Shown here: piece by piece, positions 28,201 through 39,705 of the stretch
How positions within the stretch are numbered: the first letter of the stretch is position 1
How the letters are laid out: each line of letters opens with the position of its first letter
Source: Tubulanus polymorphus
Lineage: Eukaryota; Animalia; Nemertea
DNA: 64,000 nucleotides
Assembly (NCBI RefSeq): GCF_964204645.1
Contig: NC_134036.1
Span: forward strand, 5,672,600-5,736,599
Direction of reading: 5' to 3'
The notes under the pieces: model-generated
Seen by the model: only the letters and a program-made list of their open reading frames with translations
Database searches by the model: none
What the model was told of the DNA's origin: nothing
Program-made: the position numbers and the translations under genes

Positions 28201-31200
28201 CATCGTGCATTGGCAGAATGCGATTGGAAATACATCAGTCGAAACATCCAATATAACAAACAACGAATCAGTTTTGCTTCACCAAAACGCATTTCAAAAG
28301 TTTGTTTCTAGCGAATCGAACTGTACGATTGGTTGGATAAGCATAGATAAACAATGCTATCAAATACTGACAGACTGGAACAACTATCGAGGTTTAGATA
28401 TAAAAACAGCGACAGAGATGTGTCGTAGCATCCGTGGGGAAATAACAAGAAGCAATTATACAAAAAATCAAATAATGAACCTATTAAATATATTTCACTA
28501 TCAACATCAATATAGCTCTATACTGACGTTGACATCCGATGACAAACTGCAAGTAATAAACCCAATTATCACTAGAGATGAAATTACTGATATTCAATCA
28601 GTTAAATGGATGATGAAACAGTTTGATAATGCAACCGATACAGCGCATTCTGTTTTGTGTTCGTACAATGTAACTGATGAAGAGATAGCTTCTATAAGCG
28701 GTTGTAAATCGTGGCAGTTTAAATGTGACGATCAAAGATGCATCAGTGACCATCGCGTATGTGATACCACACACGACTGTCAGCACGGTGAAGATGAACT
28801 CAACTGTACGGATATCAATTTACACAGTCAGTTTCAATGCAATGATGGTCAGGCCATATCAATAAGTGGTTTCTGTGATTTCATACGGGATTGTGTGGAT
28901 GGTTCAGATGAGAACTCGTGTTTTCATCCCCCGTGTTTGTCCGAACAATTTCGCTGCCAAAGTGGTCAATGTATCAGTAGCGCTAACAGATGTAATGGAG
29001 TCACTAATTGTGAAGACGGCTCTGATGAAGTGGGATGTACTGCTCAATTGTGTCAAGGGTTCCAGTGTAACAGTGGAGACTGTATCAGTTCTCAGTTGTA
29101 TCAGGATGGTGTCGTGGATTGTAGTGGAAGCCTCGAAGAAGATGAATCAGCAACAACTGCTAATATTAACCCTATTGAACTTTGCAATAAGGAGAACCAC
29201 TGTACTAGTAACTTCACAAACCTCTGCACGGTACCGGATGAACAGAGATGTTCTTTCAATTCTCCTCATTGTTATTCAAGACGTCACAGATGTATTCTAG
29301 AAAGAAAGAAAAGTGGTTTCCCAGTCTGTAGAAATCTTGAGCACGTATTGAGATGTGAAGAATTTGAATGTCCAGCTGGTACTGTAAAATGCCCAGCATC
29401 GTACTGTATACCGATCAGACAGGTGTGCGATGGTCAATCAGATTGCCCAAATTCAGAGGATGAACAAAGCTGCGAAAAATTGTCATGCCCAGGAATGTTT
29501 AAATGTGGTCTGGAGAGTAGATGTATTCCACAATCTAGGGTTTGTGACGGTGTCGTTAATTGTAAACATACAACTGATGACGAGGTTTTTTGTGACGTCA
29601 AGTGTCCCAGGCGTTGTAAATGTCAAGGTAGTTTGGTCGATTGTGGAAAAACGGGTGCAAAAAATATAACCGGTCTTTTCTCGACATCAACTCGAGTTTT
29701 GATTTTGCCGAATAACCAAATTCATGTCCATACATCAACATTTCGTTCACTAAATTATCTCTACGTTCTCAACATCTCCTCCAATAGATTGTCTTATATT
29801 TTACCGAAGTCCTTTTCAAACCTGCATAATTTATGTATATTAGACCTTACACATAACAACATTACATCCTTATCGACAAATACATTCTCCGGTTTGTATA
29901 GTTTGAAACAGTTATTCATAACTGAAAATCCAATACGTCATTTCGAAGACGATACCTTTCAAGATTTGAAATCACTAAAAGTTCTCGATCTTCACGGGCT
30001 TCTCTTATTGGTGCTAGGTAGAAATATATTTCGAGGTTTATCTACATTGCGGTTGTTGAATATCAGCAGTAACAGGATGCGTCATATTTCACGTTATGCT
30101 TTTTCGGGATTGAGAGAGCTTAGAATTCTTGATATAACCAAAAACTCCAAAATGATTTCGACAGAAAGAGACGTTTTCGAAAATCTGACATCTTTAGTCT
30201 TCTTAGCGTCTGATGCTTACAAATTTTGCTGCATTGCTCCGAATGTTGACCGATGCCTTCCCGAAGCTGATCAATTTTCCTCCTGTTTTGATCTGATGGG
30301 TAACACAGTCCTCAGAGCTATCATCTGGGTCATCGCTTCATTCAGTAGTTTTGTGAACGGTGGCGTCATCTTATTTCGTCTTCGATCTATTCGACTTACA
30401 TCCTCCAAAAACCGAAACACATCCGCTGATATCATCATTATCAATATCGCAGCTTGTGATTTCCTTATGTCAATTTATTTGTTTTTGATCGCAGTAGCAG
30501 ATTACGTTTATAAAGGAGTTTATTTCCTGAATTCTGAAACTTGGACGGAAAGTTCTTTGTGTAGTTTCGCTGGGGTTTTGGTGACTATTTCAAGCGAAGG
30601 CTCATTGACGTTTCTTTGTATCCTAACCCGTTATAGATTTTCAAATATAGTTGATCCATTTTCTGAAAGCCGGATTACATCTCCGATGCATGTGGCGGTT
30701 TTTTGCTGCTCATGTTGGTTAACTGTAGGTATGTTTTCTATAATACCGCTGTCACGGTTATCTTATTTCGGTAATAATTTCTACGGTTCCACTGGTGTTT
30801 GTTTACCTATGAATTTAATTTCTATTGATGTCAACGCCTGGCAATATTCTTTCGCTATTTTTGCCCTCCTCAACTCTGGCATACTAGCTACGATAATGGC
30901 AACTTACGTGCAAATATACAAACTCGTATCAGGAAGCAGGACGGGTTCGGGCAGAATCGACCCTACCGAACTGGTTTTAGCGCGCAGGAGTTTGGTGATA
31001 AATCTTTGTAATCTATTTTGCTGGTTGCCGTTAATTATCGTTCAGTTTTGCGCGGTATTACGGGTAGAAATACCGAATCAGGTGGCGGCTTGGCTGGCGG
31101 TTCTTTTCCTTCCGATCAACTCGTCCCTCAATCCCCTTCTTTACACAATACTGACTATCGATATGAAATCCATACGAGCAAAAACTAAACGCAGACAACA

Positions 31201-31204
31201 ATAA
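25218..31204 (+). CDS. GRL101-like LGR-type GPCR, copy 4 (~1941 aa)
   Basis: Exons 25218-26447, 26532-27863, 27941-31204. Intron 2 is GC-AG (CAG|GCAAGT at 27864). Same domain order as the other copies. Confidence 0.9.
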
Positions 31205-32663
31205 GATAAAACAATATTCTTCGATGTTGTCGATGGATTATTTGCCGCCTTTGAAGCTGGAAGTATTGGGTCTAATTAGGGTCGATAGATTAATTTTGTT
31301 ATAAATTCATTTCCGCACTTCTAATTTGATATTCGTAACATGTGTATATTTTAATACGAAGATAGAAATGAAATGAGAAACTACAACACAAATAACGTCG
31401 TCGTCATCATTACGCAACCGAGCCTGGTGACTGCTGTTTTGAAACTGGCATAGCGTTAGCTCTTCGACAAGGGTCTCAATGCCATATAAAGATTGAATCA
31501 ATAAAGTTGTAGCATTTAACTCATAATCAGCTTACTAATAACCATCAAACACAAACTGATAACTAACCGACTTCTGAAAAATCCTTCAGTTTATATAATA
31601 CGTAGAAGAATGAACGAGGCTCATTCGTGTTGTAAGATACAATTTATCGTGAACAAATCAATGACGGATTTGATTCGAGCTAATTTCAGGTTGTGAGAAA
31701 AATATTTACATAATTAAAAGTCGTCCAAAAATGAAATTTCATCTTGCACATACCCTATATAGTTTTGTATATAGACGCGGTTGAAGTTTAGCCTCAGGGA
31801 CGAAACAGGGGGGTTTAATTTGAAATCTGTCGAATGAGGTTATTTCACTTTTCATCAAAATCGAAGCACTTGATTGAAAATTTCGCTCGAAAGGTTTCAG
31901 AACGCCTGAGAAGTGTGGCATTTATAAAACGTGGAATGAATGACGGTTCATTTTTTTTCCACGGTACGTTTTAAGGTCACCAGAATATAAGGTCACCTGG
32001 AGTTAATGGAGCTAGTTGATATAGATGGCGCTCTGTGGTTTGTTGCATTAATCAACCATTACTGGTTTTATAGTTCCTCAGTTTCCTAGCCACACATTGT
32101 GCCAACGACGCTATCTGAAAATGTTTACAGATTAAAGGTACGATTTCTTGGTTTAATACTTCGTCATTAATTAAAGGTTAGAAAGATTCCGATATCCTGA
32201 GTCGTATTAGCGCGCTATGGTCTACGTTATCGGCAATACCCTAAGATTATTCGGGATAATGGTCGAATAAACGCTCGTTAAAGCAATAATTCAAAAAATG
32301 GGAAAAAAGAAAGACGCTTTAGCGATGAAATGGTGTTTTTAAACTATTGACTAAACTCAATGTCCGCACGTTGTTAAGATTATATCAAATGCATAGTTAT
32401 TATAGGTAGAACTATTTATAATCAGTTCCATGAACCTCGATCGGTCAGGCCGAAAAAAAGGAATACTTATTATTGAAGAACAACATATATTCTCTAATGC
32501 AACGCCACTCGAGTGTTATGGTCAAACCGTCTTTGGTTTACGAAAATAGACGATCGTTTGATAAACGTTTTTGATAAATCCGGTGACCGCGGGTCGATTT
32601 CTGTAACGCGCCCTCGGGGCAGGTTTGACCCGGGCGCGTGCCAAGTCGCGGCGGCGGCGGCGC

Positions 32664-32693
32664 GTGACGTTAAAGTTCCCGGCTTATTTATAA
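32664..32693 (+). promoter_or_regulatory. Putative core promoter of the Kunitz gene (CRE-like TGACGT and TATA box)
   Basis: TGACGT at ~32665 and TATTTATAA at 32685-32693, in a CpG-rich patch ~75 bp upstream of the ATG. Confidence 0.5.
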
Positions 32694-32766
32694 GCGGTCG
32701 AAATCGACTAACGCCTATAATTGTCAAACGGTCGGCCTAAGTGAAATAGACGACAGACGATCGAAA

Positions 32767-35700
32767 ATGAAATTCACGCGAATGTTCATCGCGGTAAGTA
32801 CGATTCGATTATTTGTATCGAGATCTATCGTTAGATCAGTTTGAGCGAACGCTCGAGGGACAACAAACAGCATGTTCACTGGCCTTCTGGCTAAAGCTAT
32901 CTGGTATGATAAGCACTTGGGTCGATACTGTTAAGAATCTAATTTAGATTATTCATCATTAGAAACATTATTTCAAATTGGGAATTGATTGTATGTCGGA
33001 TTTATCAATTTGGATCGATGAAATATTGATACAAGCGCAGCAAGTTACGATAAGGACATCTTGCGTTCAAAGCTTCACCCGAGACAATCTTAATGAAAAA
33101 AGAATGCGGGTCAACTGAACGAAAATAGTTAGGTAACACAAATTCCGTCGAACAAAAACCATATTTTCAAGCAATCACTCAATGGCTTTGTAGCACCTGA
33201 GTTTGTGTAGCCCGTACATAACGCGATAGCAAAAGCGTAATAATCGAATCTACTGAGCTGGATAAGAAAACAAACTGCGCAAGACTTGTTCATGTTTTCC
33301 CAACTCTTTTAAGTGAGTCCTAGTTGCGAATTTTATTCGTTTATCCCAGACTGAGATCGGAATAGGAAACACGGTTTTTTAGAAAAAAAATCTCTGACTA
33401 AGACATTCATGAAATTCGATTGATATCGATGAAACACTATATCCGTGTCGTGGAGAAAATTAAAAGAGAGAATGTCACAATGATAAAATAAATTCCGAAG
33501 AGAAATTGTTTCCTAGAGCAAGTTATTCGACGTTTCGACGACATTCTAATGAATTTATGTATAAATCACCCGGCTGAAAACCCCAACGAGGCAAAAATCC
33601 CCCAGTAAGAATCCCCCTTGTATTTTAGGAAATTGACCACTGCTAGTGGTCACTTTCATTGTGACCTGGTCGCTTACAATACAATCCCACCGGGAGATAT
33701 GACTATCGGTACGCTTTCGAAAACGGTCCACAATTCGTATGCGTTCAGAAACTTCACCTGAGACATTTTTAACGGTAGCTCAACAACAAACACCGGACAT
33801 ATAACATTCTCACAGCGCGTGTATTTACAGAACGCTGTTCAACGCATACGGTCACCTGCCAAAACGTATTAAGGTTATTTACTAGAACGACTGTTTATTT
33901 TCTCACGGTTTCGCAGCCGGGACCGCGCATTGACTTCGAGACGTGAATTCCTATTTTCGCGTCGAGAGGTTCACGCACTGTGCCCCGATAAAAAGGAAAG
34001 AGGGCGTTTTCGCCGTATTGAAATTGAAGTCAGTATTGACGCGCTACGAAAGCGCTGAATAAACAGAAAATGATAATCGAGCGAAGTGTTTATAACACCT
34101 GACCTTATCAGTGTTTCATAAAAACGCCAATACATTCGTAAAGACTGGTCTTTACGAATTACCGATAATCGAATTTACTTGAGATAGAAAAAATCTTTCG
34201 ATGGCTCCCGGCATAGATGTGAAGCCCTAAATTTTGCTCGATATCTCGCGTCACGCGTAACTGACCTAATTTTCCACTAGATGGCGCACTAGTCGAAACT
34301 GGCTCCTCAAACTGAACAAGCGTGCTCGGGAGCTGTCTCACAGTCGTTTAAATACCCAAACACTGATAGGTGGCGGCAGTGTCGGTAATTTTTAAGATGA
34401 AAAATTGACGTAAAAACTGGATGTTAAACTGTAAAAAGATTATTTTCCACATGCCGTAAACGTGGTAATCCCGAACGAAAGCGTTTTTAAAGATTTCTAG
34501 AGATTGAGATTGGTTTCGATAATCATAATATGAATTATGGTGATTATAATACTATTATGAAGTTGAAATTACACATTTTTGCCCACAGGTGGCGCTGATA
34601 GCGGTCATCGCCGCGGCGAAGATAGGATCAGACGATGGCGGTAAAGCCAAGCGCGGTGCAACGCGTCTTCACGGCTTCATTAAACGGTTAGTTGATAAGG
34701 CACATACTACCAAATCGCGAAACAGCGAAATCTAACGAGTAAAAACCTTCTGAAATCGCTATTCTTTTATTTATTTTTATTTTCTTCATCATGTTTTGCT
34801 TTATTTGCTCAAAACCTTTCGTCTGCATTGCATGATTTCAGTAAATGCGAGTCTGCTAAATTCGAAGGTACCGCCGACTCGTGCGCGAAACCAAAACCCG
34901 GGGATAGATATTACTTCGACTCGGCTACTGGCGAATGCGAGCTGTTCCAGTACAAAGGATGCGGCAAACCGGAACGAAACGACAACGTTTTCCCCAGTTT
35001 AGGAGTGTGCAAGTCTTTCTGTATCGAGTAAGTAGAGTCGTTGGCTCGAGTAAGGTCGGGTTCATTCTGCGCACTGGGGCCATACAAGTGGGTTTTTATG
35101 CGGTTGCGGGTCTCGAGATGCAAGCAGGTTCGAATCCTTGCGAAGGAGAGACGTGGCAGAGTTTCACGATGCCATCAGGTTCAGAGCCCTGTGAGGGAGG
35201 AACGTGGCAGAGTCTCGCGCCAGCTATGCTGAGCTTAAATCCCCGTCTTTATTGCACGGTAAAGGGCCGGTTTTTTCTAAGCGTGCGTATCAACATCTTG
35301 CAGATTGCCGAAGAAGGTCGAAGCTTGCCGAATCGAAATGCCGGATGACACCGAAGATGACGTGGAAGCGGGAAACGATGACGTCACAGTTGGATCATGT
35401 GAGTATCGAAAGTACTGACGACCCCGCAAGAAATTGACTCGCCAGTGATTTCCAACCAATGTATAAAAAAACTTCCCCTATTCCGGGCCAATTTTTGGCG
35501 CTTTCTCCCGAGAAGGAAGATAAGCCATGAGCGTTCTTCCAAAATTATAACAGAAACAACAGGAGCTCGAGCTCAAATTCAAGATCAAGATTTTTTCTCA
35601 GAGGTGTTTTTTTTTCGCCGTACGTTGATGCGTCTATTTTTCGACAGGCGACCAGATGAGGGCCGCTTTGAAGGCACATCGCGACAAGGTTCGAGCCGAA

Positions 35701-38700
35701 CGCCTCGGACGTATGCACGGATTCATCAAAGCGTATGTATCGGTGGTTTTCTAGGGGATTCGAACTTAAGTTTGTGTTTTAAGATTTGTAAGGCAAATTC
35801 ATCGGCGGATCAATTTTTGCAGTATATTTCGCGTATTTCGCACATCGTATATTTTCAGGGCCGACCTTAAGAGTAGTATAGGCCTACGCTGGCCTGTATG
35901 AAGGAATCGGACTTTAGGCTATTATCAAAATCGAATTAGGCCTCTCTTATAACGACCTGCTCGTCGATATATTTCAGGAGATGTCAGTCGGTTAAATACG
36001 AAGGTCCCGACTCGTGCGCCAAACCGAAACCGGGCGACCGATTCTACTTCGACTCGGCTACCGGTCAGTGTTCATCGTTCCAGTACAACGGATGCGGCAA
36101 ACCGAAACGACGCGATAATATCTTCCACAGTTTAGAATTGTGCCAGTCATTCTGTATCGAGTAAGTGGAGTCTTTTTCGAAGCCTCGAGTGAAGAAGTGT
36201 AAGATTCTTAGTTAATACGAGGTTATATGCTCAGAGAAAGTGTCACACCACGGCTAACGCGGAAGAGCCTTGGAACCTATAGCGTGTATTACGTCATCAG
36301 TTTTTGCGTAGTAATTATTGACCCTTTTGGGCTAGGTAACGGTCGTTATACACACGATGGTGGCCGTCTTGCAACAGTTTTTCAAAGGCGTCTAATATCT
36401 TCTTGATTCATACCATCTTGTTTCGCGTACTATTAAAACATGCCTTTGTCATATTTAAAGATTTTAAAAAATGCATTTTTTTATTTTATTTCGCGTGCCC
36501 TGAGAGCATTGTCATATCGAAACAAAAATAGCGGGGAAAAATCAACTTATATCCTATCAAAAAATTTATTTCGGGTATTCCTTAAGGAATTCCCTAACAT
36601 AATTAGTTCCCTCGAAATCCAATGACGTGATACCAAACAGATCGACTGGACAAAAACAATCGTCCGATTATTTAAGCATGTAATGAAATGAGAAGCTAAA
36701 TGTTAATTTCCATTCATCTAAGTTTGCCGGCGAAGATCGGAGCTTGTAAAATCGAACTGGAAGACGACCCCGAAGACGACGTCGAGGTGGACGGCGATAA
36801 TGACGTCACCGTCGGATCGTGTAAGTAGTGACATGACGCAATCGGTTCCGTTACAATATTGGTTCCATATATTGAATGAGATACAGTGAATTCGGGAAAA
36901 AATCGAAACGAAATATATTTATAACGAAATAAGCGCCGATATTCACAACTGTTATCGTTGTTTTTACACGTCACTATTTTTTGACGGAAAATTCCATCGG
37001 AATATCGTACGATTTGAAAACCTATCTTACGATCTTTACAAGACAATTATTGTTTTGTATCTATAATGCTCATTTCTAGGTGAACAGATGAAGCAAAGCT
37101 TGAAGGAACACAGGAAAAAAGTCGCCGAAATGCGTCGAACTAACCGTCTGAAACGCATGCACGGATTCATCAAAACGTATGTGTTAGCTTTTTTTAATAC
37201 ACATTATCTATGAACCCTCTCTCCACGAACGAGAGAACCCCTCTCCTCACAGCTGTAGCGGGAGAGCAGCGAGTAGAACAGTCACAATAGGTTCTCGGTG
37301 AACCCTCTCTCCTCACAGCTGTAGCGGGAGAGCAGCGAGTGGAACAAACGCAATAGGTTCTCGGTGAACCTCTCTCCTCACAGCTGTGGCGGGAGAGCAG
37401 CGAGTACAACAGCCGCAATAAGTTCCCGATGAACCCCCTCTCCGTACAGCTGTAGCTAGAGAACAGCGAGTAGAACAGACGCAATAGGTTGTCGGTGAAC
37501 CCCTCTCCTCACAGCTGTAGCGGGAGAGCAGCGAGTAGAACAGGCACAATATGTTCTCAATGAAGCTCTCCACACAGCTGTAGCGAAAGAACGGCGAGTA
37601 GAACAGACGCAATAGGTTCTCGGAGAACCCCTCTCTTCACAGCTGTAGCGGGAGAGCAGCGAGAAGAACAGACCCAAAAGGTTCTCGGTGAACCGCCTCT
37701 TATCACAGCTGTAGCGGGCGAGCAGCGAGCACAACAGGGGACACAATCAGTTCCCATGTTCGTGCAAATTACGCCAAGGTTAAAACCTATTTTCTTTTTG
37801 TTTCTATCAGGAGATGCGAGGCTGATAAATTCGAAGGTACCGCCGACTCGTGCGCGAAACCGAAACCCGGCGACCGATTCCACTTCGACTCGGCTACCGG
37901 TCAGTGTTCTTCGTTCCAGTACAAAGGATGCGGCAAACCGAAACGAAACGACAACATTTTCCCTGATATGGAATTATGCAAATCTTTCTGTATCGAGTAA
38001 GTCCTTTCTCATAAGGCCATTTTACGTAGACTCAATTCATTCGCTATAAACAATGATTCCTAGATTCCAGCTGCGATTATTTCGTCACCACTAATTATTT
38101 TCTAAAGGTTGCCGGAGAAGATCGAAGCTTGCCACCTCGAATTAACCGACGATCCCGAAAACGACGTCGATGATGGCGACAATGACGTCACCGTCGGATC
38201 GTGTAAGTACATCAACGACATCTACAAAACCTTTTTTATGAACTTTGCAAAGTGGATCGAAGGATATTTTGAATATCAAGATTTGCCAAAAGAGTGTTCA
38301 TTCAAAATGTTTACTTGACTATCATCCACTTAGAAAAAAATGTCTTCCTATCAATGATAGGACATTTGTTAAACTACTGGTTAAGAGCTCTAGAGCGTGC
38401 TTGTGCAGTTTGTACAGCCACCGTCGACTAGTTCGCCATCTATCGGAAAATTAGGTCATAAGGTCAGTCATCTGAGAGTTGACCAAGACGTAACCTATCG
38501 GCTTTCTTCGTCACACCCACGTGACAAATATGGTGAAATCAACACAAATGGCAAATCTTCTCACAACCGCAAAACTAGACCGTATATTTATGTTCGTTTT
38601 ATCTAGATAAATTTCGTATTTATGTTTTCTTACTTCTATTTTGAAGGCGACGAAATGCGCAAAAGCTTGCAGGAACACTACAAGAAACTGCGGGAAAGAC

Positions 38701-38807
38701 GGCGCGCTAACCGACGAAACGGCAAACGCGGAGCGAACGTCGGCAAATCTGACGACGAACGTCGCGGAAAAGGAAAAGGCAAAGGCAATGGCAAACGCAG
38801 GGAATAG
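32767..38807 (+). CDS. Secreted three-Kunitz(BPTI)-domain protein with repeated acidic and basic linkers (~436 aa)
   Basis: 11 GT-AG exons: 32767-32793, 34589-34686, 34842-35027, 35304-35398, 35648-35732, 35978-36160, 36723-36820, 37080-37176, 37811-37996, 38108-38202, 38647-38807. They total 1311 nt with an open frame. Signal peptide MKFTRMFIAVALIAVIAAA; Kunitz motifs RYYFD..C..FQYKGC..N.F..C..FC. Confidence 0.88.
37212..37740. repeat. Minisatellite, ~8 copies of a 63-66 bp unit, in intron 8 of the Kunitz gene
   Basis: AGCTGT recurs at 37251, 37317, 37382, 37448, 37513, 37576, 37641 and 37707. Unit ~AACCCTCTCTCCTCACAGCTGTAGCGGGAGAGCAGCGAGTAGAACAGACGCAATAGGTTCTCGGTG. Confidence 0.95.
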
Positions 38808-39095
38808 AGCGATGAACGTTTTTTTTTTCAAATATCTTTAGGGTTAAGATGATAATACCACCTTTTGACGCGATTACTTTCTCAACGATAGATCATCCGA
38901 ATACTTTGAAAATCTACGTGGAGTTTTACACCGTAGAATAGCCTCGACAAATAATGGCTAATTATACGCACATGTTATCGCTTAATCTTCTTAAATTGTG
39001 TCCAAAAGCGCGCGTAATGTTTTAGTCCAAAACTAACAGACCCAATATCTGTTACATATGCTCTACGTAATTTCGCACGCACATTATCAGGTTCT

Positions 39096-39260
39096 TAAGA
39101 TAAAAACCCACTATCTACAGATAAAAAGAATTTAAAAACCAGAATTTATTTATTCGATCTAGAATATATAGAATACACGACGTTTCGATCTTACCCTAGA
39201 GATCATCGTCGTTCTGTTTTTTAAATTATTTTTATCTGTAGATAGTGGGTTTTTATCTTA
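39096..39260. mobile_element. Penelope-like element remnant: ~48-bp inverted repeat around a truncated hammerhead-ribozyme-like motif
   Basis: Arms 39096-39144 and 39212-39260 are near-perfect reverse complements. The loop on the - strand reads CGACGATGATCTCTAGGGTAAGATCGAAACGTC. Confidence 0.55.
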
Positions 39261-39389
39261 TCATCCGTTCACCACGTTTGAGTGTGGTTATCGTTCTATC
39301 GGCTTCTTCCTTACGTATCTATTTGTTTCGCAAGGTTTTGCATTTTACATATAAACAGCGATTTTTCCTAAAATAGTTATTCCTTTACA

Positions 39390-39705
39390 TTCGGCGATAG
39401 TTTTTACTCGTTATACGCACGCGAATGGTAAAACGAAACACAATACGCGGCGCCACATTACGGGCCGGAAAAAAATTGATAAACAGCTTTTCAGCATTAC
39501 GAGATCGTATATGCTATGTTTACCTTCGGCGATAGACGAAAACGTAAACAGGTTTAATTGCCAATTCATGATTTAAAAATGTTTATGAATTTAAATTCCT
39601 CACTGAACAAAATGATGCATAATGAAGGTAGATATATTCATTATTACCGAATTAACGGGTCAAAACGTCGCACGGAGAGCATGTGTGTGTGTGTGACACT
39701 AATAG
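39390..39705. mobile_element. Diverged partial copy of the 48.5-kb MITE family
   Basis: Shares TTTTCAGCATTACG, AAATTCCT..CAAAATGATGCATAAT and CAAAACGTCGCACGGAGAGCA with 48690-48880. Confidence 0.65.

Noticed and set aside
37194-37883. Cys-rich - strand ORFs and CRISPR-like periodicity
   Set aside because: They are translations of an intronic minisatellite. Units are contiguous with no unique spacers and there are no cas genes.
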